Virus record (IMG/VR): IMGVR_UViG_3300035676_000007
Coordinates: 1-55,971 of that record
Length of the DNA: 55,971 nucleotides
Reading direction: 5' to 3' (one strand)
Source: a virus
Taxonomy: Duplodnaviria; Caudoviricetes
Under the pieces are notes generated by a model that did not search any database, was not told the origin of the DNA, and was given only the letters and a program-made list of their open reading frames with translations. A program made the position numbers and the translations under genes. Positions 19,554 to 29,403 of this stretch are shown in pieces (position 1 is the stretch's first letter; every line of letters starts with the position of its first letter).

Positions 19554-22500
19554 ATGGCGAGATCCGGGCAAGCGTCGGTTGAGGTCCTGGCGGACTTTTC
19601 GAAGTTCGCAGCGACATTCCAACGGGACCTCAACGCCGCGATGCGTGGTGTGCGCATCGACATGACCGGGGTGTCTGACCAGATTTCGAACGGGGTTCGC
19701 GAAGGGGTGGACGCCGCGAATCAGGAACTTCGGCGGTTGGGGAACCAGGCGGGGGAGACGTTCAACCTGGTCACTCAGAAGTCGGCTGCGGCGGGTCGAT
19801 CCATGGCCGCGTCGTTCGCGTCAGCCGGCCGTGAGATGTCGAGTGTCGGCGATCAGATGACGATGGCGCTCAGTCTCCCGATAGGTGCGGCCGGTGTTGC
19901 GACGATCAACGCGGCTGGAAACTTCGAGAAGGCCATGAACAAGGTCAAGGCCGCTACCGAGTCATCGGGGAAAGAGTTCAGGGACCTCCGTGACCTCGCT
20001 ATCGAGCTGGGTTCGACCACGGCGTTCTCCGCGTCGGAGGCCGCGTACGCCATGAACGAGCTGGCTACGGCCGGATTCGACACGAACGAGATCATGGGGG
20101 CGCTGCCCGGAGTTCTCGACATGGCTGCGGCTGGTTCGGTGTCGCTGTCGAGTGCGGCGGAGATCGCGTCCGGGATCCTGAACGGGTTTGGATTTGCCGC
20201 GACTGATTTGTCCTATGTGAACGATGTTTTGGCACGTGACTTTCTGTCTACCGCAACCACCCTGTCTGATTTGGGAGAGTCGTTCAAGTATGTGGGGCCG
20301 ACGGCAAAAAGCGCGGGACTGACCTTCACCGAGGTCGCAGCGGCGATCGGGTTGATGGGCAACGCCGGAATCAAGGGGTCGATGGCTGGTACGGCGCTGA
20401 ACGCGTCGATCTCCCGTCTACTCAAGCCAACGGCGGAGGTAGAGACCACCCTCAGAGACCTTGGGGTCACGGTCACGAACTCGTCTGGGAAATTGTTGCC
20501 GCTCGTCGAAATCATGCGGCAGTTGGAGAAGTCTGGGGCATCCACGGCTGACATGATCACCCTGTTCGGGTTGGAAGCCGGCCCGGACATGATGGCCCTG
20601 CTCTCGCAGGGATCCGCCGCGCTCACCGCGCTCGACCTGGAGCTACAGAACGCGGGGGGGACCGCGCAGAAGGTCGCGACGACTCAGATGGCCGGATTCA
20701 ACGGGTCTCTGGACGAGCTGACATCCGCCGCCGAGGGTCTGATGATCGCGATCGGGGATGCCGGACTCCTCGGGTGGATGACGTCGTTGGTCGACAAGCT
20801 GACTGAGTTGACCATGTCAGCGTCGAAGCTGTCCCCGAACTTCTTGAAGATCACGACGATCATCGCGGTTGTCGTGGCCGCGATCGGCCCGTTCCTCGCG
20901 ATATTCGGCCGGATGGCTACCGCGATCGGCGAGGGGATCATCGCGTTCAGGAAGTTTGGATCATGGGCGTTGAAAGTCGCGCCGTGGCTGTCCGCCCTCG
21001 GAGGCCCGGTTGGTTTGGTAGTCGCCGCGATCGTAGCCCTGGGGATCGCGGCCGTGGTCGCGTACAAGAAGTCCGAGGTGTTCCGGAACGTCGTCGACCG
21101 GGCATTCAGAGCCGTGGCCACGGCCGCAGTGTGGATGTGGCAGAACGCAATCGTTCCGGCGTTCAACTGGATCGTCACAGAGGCGAAGGTGGTCGGGGCC
21201 GCGATCGTCCGACTGTGGAAGCAGGCGCGTCCGGTGTTCGTGGCGTGGGGTGCGGCCGTGACGCGCATCTGGAAATCGGTGATCCAGCCGGCGTTCGAGT
21301 CGATCGGGAACTCGTTCAAGATGGCGGGGGCCGCGATCGTCTCGTTCTGGACCGGCACGGCGCAGCCGGCGTTGATGGGGTTGATGGGGTTGTTCGCGCG
21401 GGTAGCCACGGCTATCCGGTCGTGGTGGGCCGGCAACGGCGATATGGTGATGCGTACGGCAGCGGCCGTGATGACGTGGCTCGGTGGGGTTGCGTTCCAG
21501 GTGTGGTCGGGGTTCATGACCGTGTTGAGAGCGGTTGCGGCCGTGGTCACATGGGTGATCATCAACGTGACGATTCCCATGTTCCGGGCGTTGGTCTCGG
21601 TCATCCGGACCGTGGTCACAACCGTGATGTCGATGCGGAACGTGTGGATCGTGGTCGGGGCGGTCATCGTAGCGGCGATCGTGGTCGTGGCCGCGATCGT
21701 GAAGGTCCTGTGGGTGGTGATCACCACGGCGTTCAGGGCTATGGCAGCGATCATCAGGTGGTGGTGGACCACGGTCCTCGTCCCGGCGTTCACCGTGGCT
21801 GGGGTGGTCATCAAGGCGTTCGTTGCCGTGATCACGTGGATGTGGACGTCGGTAGTCGCTCCGGTGTTCGCGGCGCTCGGCGCGGCCCTGAACGTGGTTG
21901 GTGGGGTGATCATCTGGTTGTGGACGTCGGTGATCCAGCCGGTGTTCACGGCGATCGGGGCTGTGGTCTTGTGGGTATGGACGTCGGTCATCCAGCCGGT
22001 GTTCAACGCGATCACGGTGGTGATCGGGGCGGTTGTCACGGCTGTCACGTGGTTGTGGACCACGTTCGGACCGGTGTTCACGGCGATCGGGAACCTGGTC
22101 TGGACGGTTTGGTCCGGGGTGATCTCGGTCGTGTTCTCCCTGCTCAAGTTGGCGTTCACTGTGATAATCGCGGTTGTTCAGGTGTTCTGGACGGTCGTCA
22201 AAGCGGCGTTCATGGCGGTTGGGGCCGTGGTCATGATGGTGTGGTCGACGTTCATCTCCCCTGTCCTGTCCGCGATCGGGGCATTGTTCACCTGGTTGTG
22301 GGGCGTGATCCAGCCGGTGTTGTCCGCGATCGGGGCATTGTTCACCTGGTTGTGGTCGTCGGCGATATCTCCGTTCATCACCTGGGTGTCGGGTGCGCTG
22401 TCGTCGTTGTGGGGCATAATTCAGACGATTTTCACCGCCGTGGTGTCGTTGATACGGGGAGCGATCAATCAGATTGTTTTGGCGGCAAACGGAGTAACCG

Positions 22501-23132
22501 CGTTCGTGAATGCGATCTCGTCACATTTCCAGGCAGCCGTCAATTCGATCCGCGACAAAATCAATATGGCGGTTTCGGTCGTTCGGGGCCTCCCCGGACA
22601 GATCATCGGCGCCGTTGGAAATCTTGGGTCACTTCTCTACAATGCCGGACAGAATGTTATCAATGGGCTTATCAATGGGATATCTTCACGTATTGGTGCG
22701 ATCAGGGACAAGATGGCGGAAGCGGCTTCGATGATCCGCAACCACCTCCCGTTCTCCCCTGCGAAGGTAGGGCCGCTGTCCGGTGCTGGCGACCCCACCA
22801 AATCAGGAGCAAAAATTGTCGAAATGGTCGCTACTGGAATGGAATATAGAATTCCAGAACTAAACGCAATATCGCAACAAATGGCACAAACTGTACTTGA
22901 TTCACTTCCCTCGTATCGGACGGGAACGACCGGGGTAACCCCAGCCACCGGTCTCTCAAACTCCATTCCACTGGCCCCGGCCCTTACCACAATCCCCGGA
23001 CAAACGGGAGGAACGACCACGGTCACCTACCAGATCACAGTCAACTCGCTCGATCCGCGTACGGCCGGAACCATCGTGATAGACGCGGTCAGGGAATACG
23101 AGCGACGTAACGGAAAGTCGTGGCGCTCATGA
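19554..23132 (+). CDS. Tape measure protein (TP901 family core)
   Basis: 1192 aa; TAFSASEAA, GIKGSMAGTAL; periodic Trp repeats; LPFSPAK.GPLSG. Confidence 0.95.
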   Translation: MARSGQASVEVLADFSKFAATFQRDLNAAMRGVRIDMTGVSDQISNGVREGVDAANQELRRLGNQAGETFNLVTQKSAAAGRSMAASFASAGREMSSVGDQMTMALSLPIGAAGVATINAAGNFEKAMNKVKAATESSGKEFRDLRDLAIELGSTTAFSASEAAYAMNELATAGFDTNEIMGALPGVLDMAAAGSVSLSSAAEIASGILNGFGFAATDLSYVNDVLARDFLSTATTLSDLGESFKYVGPTAKSAGLTFTEVAAAIGLMGNAGIKGSMAGTALNASISRLLKPTAEVETTLRDLGVTVTNSSGKLLPLVEIMRQLEKSGASTADMITLFGLEAGPDMMALLSQGSAALTALDLELQNAGGTAQKVATTQMAGFNGSLDELTSAAEGLMIAIGDAGLLGWMTSLVDKLTELTMSASKLSPNFLKITTIIAVVVAAIGPFLAIFGRMATAIGEGIIAFRKFGSWALKVAPWLSALGGPVGLVVAAIVALGIAAVVAYKKSEVFRNVVDRAFRAVATAAVWMWQNAIVPAFNWIVTEAKVVGAAIVRLWKQARPVFVAWGAAVTRIWKSVIQPAFESIGNSFKMAGAAIVSFWTGTAQPALMGLMGLFARVATAIRSWWAGNGDMVMRTAAAVMTWLGGVAFQVWSGFMTVLRAVAAVVTWVIINVTIPMFRALVSVIRTVVTTVMSMRNVWIVVGAVIVAAIVVVAAIVKVLWVVITTAFRAMAAIIRWWWTTVLVPAFTVAGVVIKAFVAVITWMWTSVVAPVFAALGAALNVVGGVIIWLWTSVIQPVFTAIGAVVLWVWTSVIQPVFNAITVVIGAVVTAVTWLWTTFGPVFTAIGNLVWTVWSGVISVVFSLLKLAFTVIIAVVQVFWTVVKAAFMAVGAVVMMVWSTFISPVLSAIGALFTWLWGVIQPVLSAIGALFTWLWSSAISPFITWVSGALSSLWGIIQTIFTAVVSLIRGAINQIVLAANGVTAFVNAISSHFQAAVNSIRDKINMAVSVVRGLPGQIIGAVGNLGSLLYNAGQNVINGLINGISSRIGAIRDKMAEAASMIRNHLPFSPAKVGPLSGAGDPTKSGAKIVEMVATGMEYRIPELNAISQQMAQTVLDSLPSYRTGTTGVTPATGLSNSIPLAPALTTIPGQTGGTTTVTYQITVNSLDPRTAGTIVIDAVREYERRNGKSWRS

Positions 23133-24457
23133 GCATCGAAATATGTGGAGATGGATGTATACCGGGCGCACAACTCACGGTGGAACTCGGACTCCTCACG
23201 CCGGGATCGTCATCAGCGATATGGGATCTTGACCTGTGGAACACGGGATTCTGGGGTACCGGAGCGGTGCGTACCGACGTCTCCCAATACGTCCGAGCGG
23301 TCAGTACCGACCGACAGTTCACCAACCAAATGCGCGACTGGTCAGCCGGTAGCGTCCAAATCGTACTCCACAACCGCGATGGGCGATTTTCCCCGGACAA
23401 TCTAGAACCAACCGCGCCATACGTGGCCGCTGGGCTGACGGGAATCAGGCCAGGATGCCCAATATGGGTAACAATGACATATGCTGGCACGTCATATCCA
23501 ATATTCACCGGATACGCGAATAAATGGCTGGAAGGATGGGCGCTTCACTCCCCCGCAGACGGAGACGCGTACATGACCGTCTCCGGATACGACGATTGGG
23601 GACGTATTGGTAGAGTAAAGAAAAAAGTTCCAATCGCACCAATAGGTGATGGTGACACCTACGGACAGCGCGTCGCCCGGATCCTCGCCAGCGCGGGATT
23701 CACCGGCCCCACCGTGATCGACGTCGGCGAGACAACCATGATCGGAACCGACCTGTCACAGGAACCGGTGTCCGAACTGGGAAAGGTCGCGCAATCGGAA
23801 GGGGCCGGGGCCGCGATATGGGCGGAGGCCGACGGATCGATCGTCGCGAAGGGCCGATACTCCCTTATCGAAGACCTCCGGTCGTCGGTTGTCCAGGTCC
23901 AATTCGGGGACAGCCCCGGGGACATCCCGTGGATCGATATCATCACGGCACCGGTATCCGACGATGGGATTGTCAATCGGGCCGTGTACGCCCGCACGGG
24001 AGGAATCGAACAGGAGTACTCCGACCCTAGGTCGATCGCCCTGTACGGACAGTGCGACGATCCGGATTCCCCGTCCGATCTGCTCTGCGAGACAGATGGA
24101 CAAGTCGCTGCGGTAGCCCAATGGGCCGTGATGGTGGGAAAGGACCCCGAATCACGGGTAGAGGCGATCACGCTCAACCCGCGCGTCGACCTCACGACAA
24201 TTATGCCTGTCGTACTCTACTTGAAAATCCGTGACCTCGTCGCAGTCAGACTTGTCCCACCTTCGGCAACCGGCCACGTGTTCTACCGGAGGTGTTTCGT
24301 GTCCGGATTGTCATTCGACATAGCTGGAAACAATATGACAGTGAAAGTATCGCTGGAAACCGCGACGGCATACGCGCGATTCGCCGGAAGTCTATGGGAC
24401 TCGGCAAGATGGGGAGCCAATGACGTCGACGCAGATGGAAGCCTGTGGTTCGTGTGA
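23129..24457 (+). CDS. Minor tail (hub/baseplate) protein
   Basis: Follows tape measure; WD...W motifs, LHNRDGRFSPDN. Confidence 0.75.
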   Translation: MSIEICGDGCIPGAQLTVELGLLTPGSSSAIWDLDLWNTGFWGTGAVRTDVSQYVRAVSTDRQFTNQMRDWSAGSVQIVLHNRDGRFSPDNLEPTAPYVAAGLTGIRPGCPIWVTMTYAGTSYPIFTGYANKWLEGWALHSPADGDAYMTVSGYDDWGRIGRVKKKVPIAPIGDGDTYGQRVARILASAGFTGPTVIDVGETTMIGTDLSQEPVSELGKVAQSEGAGAAIWAEADGSIVAKGRYSLIEDLRSSVVQVQFGDSPGDIPWIDIITAPVSDDGIVNRAVYARTGGIEQEYSDPRSIALYGQCDDPDSPSDLLCETDGQVAAVAQWAVMVGKDPESRVEAITLNPRVDLTTIMPVVLYLKIRDLVAVRLVPPSATGHVFYRRCFVSGLSFDIAGNNMTVKVSLETATAYARFAGSLWDSARWGANDVDADGSLWFV

Positions 24458-24786
24458 ACGAGGATCAACCAGATGTCCTCACGCCTGACGTGATGGTATG
24501 GGTGCACCCGATCAACACCGAAGCACATCCGACCTACACCCCAGGGTACCGGTGGGCTGTCCACGTCGGTGGACACGGCGCGGCGATGCTCCAATACTGC
24601 TGCAACGCCGGAAGGGCGGATACACAAACAGAGGCGAAAATCATCGGAGAATCACACGGTGCTGCGGTATGTAAGGGACTGCGGCTACTAGGAATTCCGG
24701 CGAGATATGGATTGTTCACCATCGGCTGGGACCCTATTCCGGCGGAGGCTGACAACAAACAACAAAAAATTTGGACAGGAGAATAA
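24454..24786 (+). CDS. Hypothetical protein
   Basis: GTGA overlap. Confidence 0.55.
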   Translation: MNEDQPDVLTPDVMVWVHPINTEAHPTYTPGYRWAVHVGGHGAAMLQYCCNAGRADTQTEAKIIGESHGAAVCKGLRLLGIPARYGLFTIGWDPIPAEADNKQQKIWTGE

Positions 24787-24788
24787 CG

Positions 24789-25457
24789 ATGAGCCTCATC
24801 GCCGATGTCGTCGCTGGCACCGTCATAACAGTGTCATGGGGAAACGCGATACGTGACCAGGTGATCGCGACGTTCGCGACGGAAGCGACTCGAAACTCTA
24901 CCCTCACCGCGCCTGCCGAGGGCAGATACGCGGACATCGCCGACGTCGATGCCCTCACCAGGTACAACGGCGCCACCTGGGACGTTGTGGCCACCAAACC
25001 GATCATGGCCACTCTGTCGGCTGACGCCGCTGGAATCACCACGAACACCGTCCTCGCCGACGTCGCCGGAATTTCCATCCCGGTCACGGCGAACAGAGTG
25101 TATTGGGTGAACGCCGACCTCATATACACAGCAGCTGGGGGCGCTGGTGCTGGACAGGTCAAATTTGGGTGGACCGCTCCGGCCGGTGCGACATTCAGCT
25201 GGACAAACATAGGTTTGGTCGTCAATGGGGCCTCTGGTGTTTCCGGGACCCCGACGTTCGACGTATCGACCCTGGCTGATTCTCGATCATACGGTGCGGC
25301 GGGATCAGGTACACCCGTGCACGTGGTGGTGTTCGGAAAGCTCACGATAGCGGGGACGGCCGGCAACTTCCGGCTGCAAGCCGCTCAGGCCGCGTCGTCG
25401 GCAACCGCAACCACCGTCCGATCCGGTACCACGGTGAGCGCACACGTACTTTCCTGA
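24789..25457 (+). CDS. Minor tail / fibre protein
   Basis: WGNAIRDQ..FATEATRNS, YNGATW; beta-rich C-terminus; AGGAG RBS. Confidence 0.65.
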   Translation: MSLIADVVAGTVITVSWGNAIRDQVIATFATEATRNSTLTAPAEGRYADIADVDALTRYNGATWDVVATKPIMATLSADAAGITTNTVLADVAGISIPVTANRVYWVNADLIYTAAGGAGAGQVKFGWTAPAGATFSWTNIGLVVNGASGVSGTPTFDVSTLADSRSYGAAGSGTPVHVVVFGKLTIAGTAGNFRLQAAQAASSATATTVRSGTTVSAHVLS

Positions 25458-25475
25458 CCGCGATATGATCGGACC

Positions 25476-26627
25476 ATGTTGAAAAGACTCACCGCCACGC
25501 TGGTAGCTGGTATCGCAGGAATCGCGGTAGCTACCAGCGTGGGACCAGCGGAAAATGCTCTCATATCAGAGACCGATCCGGTCCCAATTGGGGTGACAAT
25601 CGCCGGTCTCGACGCGCACGACGGAACAATCGTGGAAACTGACGACGCGCTCTATCTGTACGGAACCCGCTATGGTTGTGGATATGAGTGGCACAACCCA
25701 AATTCCCCATTCTGCGGTTTCGGAGCATGGGAATCGGATACGGGATCGCTCGATGGGCCGTGGACATTCCTCGGACTGCTGTTCGATCCCACCGGGACGA
25801 ACACCACCCGAAACGAGCCATGGAAGACCACGTGTAACACCGGCGGTAACGGGTGCTTCAACCCCCGAATGGTCCAACGCCATGACGGGGTTTGGGTGCT
25901 CTACTTCAACGCCCCCGCCGAGACGATCCGGGGCCGCGACGAGGCGTACTACGTGATGGGCTGTAACGGTCCTACCGGGCCGTGTGGTGCGTCAGCTGGT
26001 GCTCCGCACGGGTCGACGCGTCAGCTGCCGATGAACGCCTGCAACATGGGTGGAGACTTTAGCGTCCTGGTCGATGGGGCCACGGCCTACCTCGCGTGCT
26101 CGTCGGGGACTATCACGATTGAGCAACTCGATTACTGGTGGACGAGCGGAATCGCGAACCAACAGACCGGATCCGGAGCGGTACGCAATATCGCGTACCT
26201 TTCCAATGCGGAGGCCCCGGGATTTTTCAAGGCCCCGGACGGTATGTGGGTGATGACGTACGGGGATCCGATGTGCGGGTACTGCGCGGGCACCGGGACG
26301 GCGTACTCGGTTGCACAGACGGCTATGGGCAATCCCACGCCGGCGGCCAGCCCGCTGGGGGTGTGGCTGCCACCCGCGAACGTCGGGTGGGCCGCTCCGA
26401 GCAGCGGTCGACGCAGTATCTCTGGCACCTCCTGTGGTGGTCAGCCGCGTACCGTCGTCAGCGTTGACGGCCAGCCCTACCAGTGGATCGACCTCTGGTA
26501 CGGGCAGGCCAACGAGACCCAGGCCGGCGTGCGCCTGGAGCCGCTCGTGCTGACCGGGCAGGCGTGGCGCGCACCGGCTGACGGCACCGTGTGGCGTGGC
26601 GCCATCCGCGTTTTCGCGTGCGAGTAG
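25476..26627 (+). CDS. Secreted GH43-like beta-propeller glycoside hydrolase
   Basis: Signal peptide; DAHDGTI..YLYGT.YGCG, FNPRM, GDFSVLVDG, EAPGFF; many Cys. Confidence 0.6.
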   Translation: MLKRLTATLVAGIAGIAVATSVGPAENALISETDPVPIGVTIAGLDAHDGTIVETDDALYLYGTRYGCGYEWHNPNSPFCGFGAWESDTGSLDGPWTFLGLLFDPTGTNTTRNEPWKTTCNTGGNGCFNPRMVQRHDGVWVLYFNAPAETIRGRDEAYYVMGCNGPTGPCGASAGAPHGSTRQLPMNACNMGGDFSVLVDGATAYLACSSGTITIEQLDYWWTSGIANQQTGSGAVRNIAYLSNAEAPGFFKAPDGMWVMTYGDPMCGYCAGTGTAYSVAQTAMGNPTPAASPLGVWLPPANVGWAAPSSGRRSISGTSCGGQPRTVVSVDGQPYQWIDLWYGQANETQAGVRLEPLVLTGQAWRAPADGTVWRGAIRVFACE

Positions 26628-26637
26628 GGGGGGACGT

Positions 26638-27456
26638 ATGAGCTGGAGAGTCGCGCGCAGTCTTGAGGTTCTACGCGATCAGATCAACGCTGCGTACCCG
26701 GGTCGGAGTACGGCGTCGGATGGCACGATCGGTGATGCTGCCCACCAGGCCAGCGTCAGTGATCACAACCCTGACGCCGGAGGGGTGGTCCGCGCGTTGG
26801 ACATCACCCACGACCTGGACAGCGGGTGTGACATCGACCGGCTTACCGACGAGCTGGTCGCGAGTCGTGATCCTCGGATCTCGTACCTGATCGCCAATGG
26901 CCTGATCACGGGGCCGGACTACGGGTGGGTGTGGGCCCGCTACGACGGGTCGGATCCCCACACCAATCACTTCCATCTGTCGGTGGTGGGAGATGGGCGC
27001 GCGGACGATCCCCGTCCGTGGGATATCGGAACTGCCGTGAGCGTTCCGGGAAAGGATGATCGAGAAATGCGTACTTTGATGCGGTATAAGGGTAGTCCGC
27101 ACGTTTTTCTCACCGATGGTCTAATTGCCCGATGGATCAGGAATGAGGCAGAGATCGGCGATCTCCGCACACTCGGCGCGGATGGGTCCATCCGTCTCGG
27201 CAACGGCGGTCAGGTGCGAATCGTCACCCGTGAGGAGTTGATCGGTCGTATCATCGGCCCTGTACCCGCTGGGTGGGAAGAGTACGCGTACAACACCACG
27301 ATGGGCGCGGAGCCGTTGACGTCCGCCCAGCTGGACCAGATAGCTACTCGGGTAGCCGCTCTGATCGGGAATCGGTTGGACGAGGTCGGCTCGTCGGTCG
27401 ATCAGGTCGTTGCGGCGTTGGTGGCCGCTGGTACAACAGCCGGTAAACCATCCTGA
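26638..27456 (+). CDS. Endolysin (Zn-peptidase-type N-terminal domain)
   Basis: SDGTIGDAAH..SDHNPD..ALDIT..HTNHFHLS; followed by a membrane protein. Confidence 0.75.
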   Translation: MSWRVARSLEVLRDQINAAYPGRSTASDGTIGDAAHQASVSDHNPDAGGVVRALDITHDLDSGCDIDRLTDELVASRDPRISYLIANGLITGPDYGWVWARYDGSDPHTNHFHLSVVGDGRADDPRPWDIGTAVSVPGKDDREMRTLMRYKGSPHVFLTDGLIARWIRNEAEIGDLRTLGADGSIRLGNGGQVRIVTREELIGRIIGPVPAGWEEYAYNTTMGAEPLTSAQLDQIATRVAALIGNRLDEVGSSVDQVVAALVAAGTTAGKPS

Positions 27457-27470
27457 TCGGGGAGGCCGAG

Positions 27471-27707
27471 TTGGACGTTTTCACGGTCGTTTGGGTAGCT
27501 GTGTTCGTGGTCGGTGGGGTCACAGAGCTAGTTGCGCTGCTGAACCGGAGGGATGGGGACACCTTGTCCGAACACGTGTGGAGGGTGTTCCGGGTTCGTG
27601 ATCCGAGACCTACTCCTGTGGTGCTGATACTCCGGGGATTGATGATTTTGGTGTTGATCTGGTTGACGGGTCACTTCGGCATGGGGTGGTGGACGCTTCC
27701 GGATTAG
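27471..27707 (+). CDS. Holin-like two-TM membrane protein
   Basis: Two hydrophobic segments; GGAGG RBS; after lysin. Confidence 0.55.
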   Translation: MDVFTVVWVAVFVVGGVTELVALLNRRDGDTLSEHVWRVFRVRDPRPTPVVLILRGLMILVLIWLTGHFGMGWWTLPD

Positions 27708-27714
27708 TTCGCGA

Positions 27715-27759
27715 ATGACAATGGTGGGGGCCGCTACAAACGGTCCCCACCATTGTCAT
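27715..27759. terminator. Inverted repeat between convergent genes
   Basis: ATGACAATGGTGGGG..CCCCACCATTGTCAT. Confidence 0.8.
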
Positions 27760-27810
27760 ATCGGCTACCGGTCTACTCGTCGGAGACGGGTACCAGGTGA
27801 AAGCGCTAGA

Positions 27811-28485
27811 TCAGCGGATCGGTTTCGCGAATCCTCGGCAGCCGATCGACTCGCCTTTCCCGTTTCGCACAACATGATGAGGAATCACCAGATCATCTCG
27901 TTCAGGGCATGCGTCGTACACAAGTTTGGACACTACGTACCAGACTCCGGGCTTTTCATCGGGCAAGCACGTGACCCTGTTCGACATCGCTGTCCGGTAG
28001 ATCGGGACGGTGGTCCCGTCGACGATGATGGTTTCCGTCGACTCCTCCAATGCGGGATAGACACGTGCGATTCCAGTCGATGGAATAGTCACGTGCCTAC
28101 GGCACATGATCGTGATTGTGTGTGGGGTCAGATTCACGATTTGGTGCGTCGACTTCCATCCGACCTCTACCTCGCCATCTGCGGCTGCGAGGACATCGGC
28201 GGGGTTTTCCACATCCGCGTCGATCCTCAGTCCGGCCTCTTTCAAGGCCGACACGAGGGCGTTGGCGTCGTTCGAGCGCGTCCGCATCTTGTCGGTTTCA
28301 GCGTTCCTGTCCGGCGAGTCGTCGTAGTCAGATGTCATCTCTGCGTACTGGTCTTCTGAGTCGTGGATACGCACTCCAACCACGTCGACAACGAGTTCGC
28401 CGAGGCTTCGTATTCTGATGTCTATTCCATGGTTTTTTGCTGCGAGACGAATAGCGTTGATAAGATCCATGCGTCTTGATGCCAT
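27811..28485 (-). CDS. Hypothetical two-domain protein
   Basis: AAGGAG RBS; C-terminal IVNLTPH..LP..YVVS..RDDL..GCRGF domain. Confidence 0.65.
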   Translation of the reverse strand: MASRRMDLINAIRLAAKNHGIDIRIRSLGELVVDVVGVRIHDSEDQYAEMTSDYDDSPDRNAETDKMRTRSNDANALVSALKEAGLRIDADVENPADVLAAADGEVEVGWKSTHQIVNLTPHTITIMCRRHVTIPSTGIARVYPALEESTETIIVDGTTVPIYRTAMSNRVTCLPDEKPGVWYVVSKLVYDACPERDDLVIPHHVVRNGKGESIGCRGFAKPIR

Positions 28486-28540
28486 TGGCACTCCTTGGTG
28501 GTGTTTCATAGACGAGTCAATAATGCCACATGCTGTCGGG

Positions 28541-28909
28541 TTATTCAACCCCTGGACTGTCTTCGGATTCCTCATCACAACCGGAGGTCATCCGTTCCGC
28601 AGCCTCCGCAGCCCTGGCCCTACGTGTCGCCCATCCCATCATCGCAGCCGCAGATCTGGACTTACCTGTCGTGCGATTACCAACATCTGGTACATTTTCG
28701 GCCAACTTGGCCACATCACTTCCTCGATAGAAGATCACACCACGTGGTCCGTACCCAACTGGTTCGATCACGCCATCGGACACCCACCTGCTGATCTTTC
28801 CCTGGATCGTGGACCGGCCGAGACCTGTCAGTTCTCTCAAGGTCGTTACGGTGACAACCTCCGGAACGTTTTCAACGGTAAGTCGTTTCCAGCGATTTTC
28901 TAACTTCAC
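28541..28909 (-). CDS. HTH DNA-binding protein
   Basis: TLRELTGLGRSTIQGKISRW..G.IEPVG..IFY. Confidence 0.6.
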   Translation of the reverse strand: MKLENRWKRLTVENVPEVVTVTTLRELTGLGRSTIQGKISRWVSDGVIEPVGYGPRGVIFYRGSDVAKLAENVPDVGNRTTGKSRSAAAMMGWATRRARAAEAAERMTSGCDEESEDSPGVE

Positions 28910-29006
28910 TCATCAATCATGCAACACGACGCTGCAATTTACAATCGATAGCTGGTCACGTCATGAGCATATACAGTAAACCGACATCGTAGACACGACA
29001 GGAGTA

Positions 29007-29291
29007 ATGACCATGTCAGGTGAAACCGGATATCACGCATACGGGGAATCAGTCGGATGGCTCAACCACCTCGGCAACCCCATGCCGGAGTGGAAGGACC
29101 TGCCAAATGCGATCCGGGACGCGTGGGACAGCGCCGCGTGCGCGATTGTCAGCGAGGCTACCCGGCTTAACGGCCAGGGAACGGTGGGGTGTGCGTGCGA
29201 GCACCCAGCGATGATGCATGACGTCGCGGAGGCATCCGGGGAAGGGCCAACGTGCTGCGTTGACGGCTGCGGGTGCGGATCCGCTGGTTAG
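29007..29291 (+). CDS. Hypothetical protein with C-terminal Cys/His cluster
   Basis: AGGAG RBS; MPEWKDLP; CACEH..H..CC..CGC. Confidence 0.65.
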   Translation: MTMSGETGYHAYGESVGWLNHLGNPMPEWKDLPNAIRDAWDSAACAIVSEATRLNGQGTVGCACEHPAMMHDVAEASGEGPTCCVDGCGCGSAG

Positions 29292-29345
29292 GTAGCACGG
29301 CTGTTTCTGTGGTCGCGGTAAGTACGTACACTAGTAACGCGCACT

Positions 29346-29395
29346 GACACGACGAAAGCCCCCACCGAGCCCAAGGTGGGGGCTTTCGTCGTGTC
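29346..29395. terminator. Bidirectional hairpin terminator
   Basis: GACACGACGAAAGCCCCCACC..GGTGGGGGCTTTCGTCGTGTC. Confidence 0.85.
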
Positions 29396-29403
29396 GGGTT
29401 GAG

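Noticed and set aside
21000-22450. Hydrophobic Trp-periodic repeats
   Set aside because: Ordinary feature of tape measure proteins
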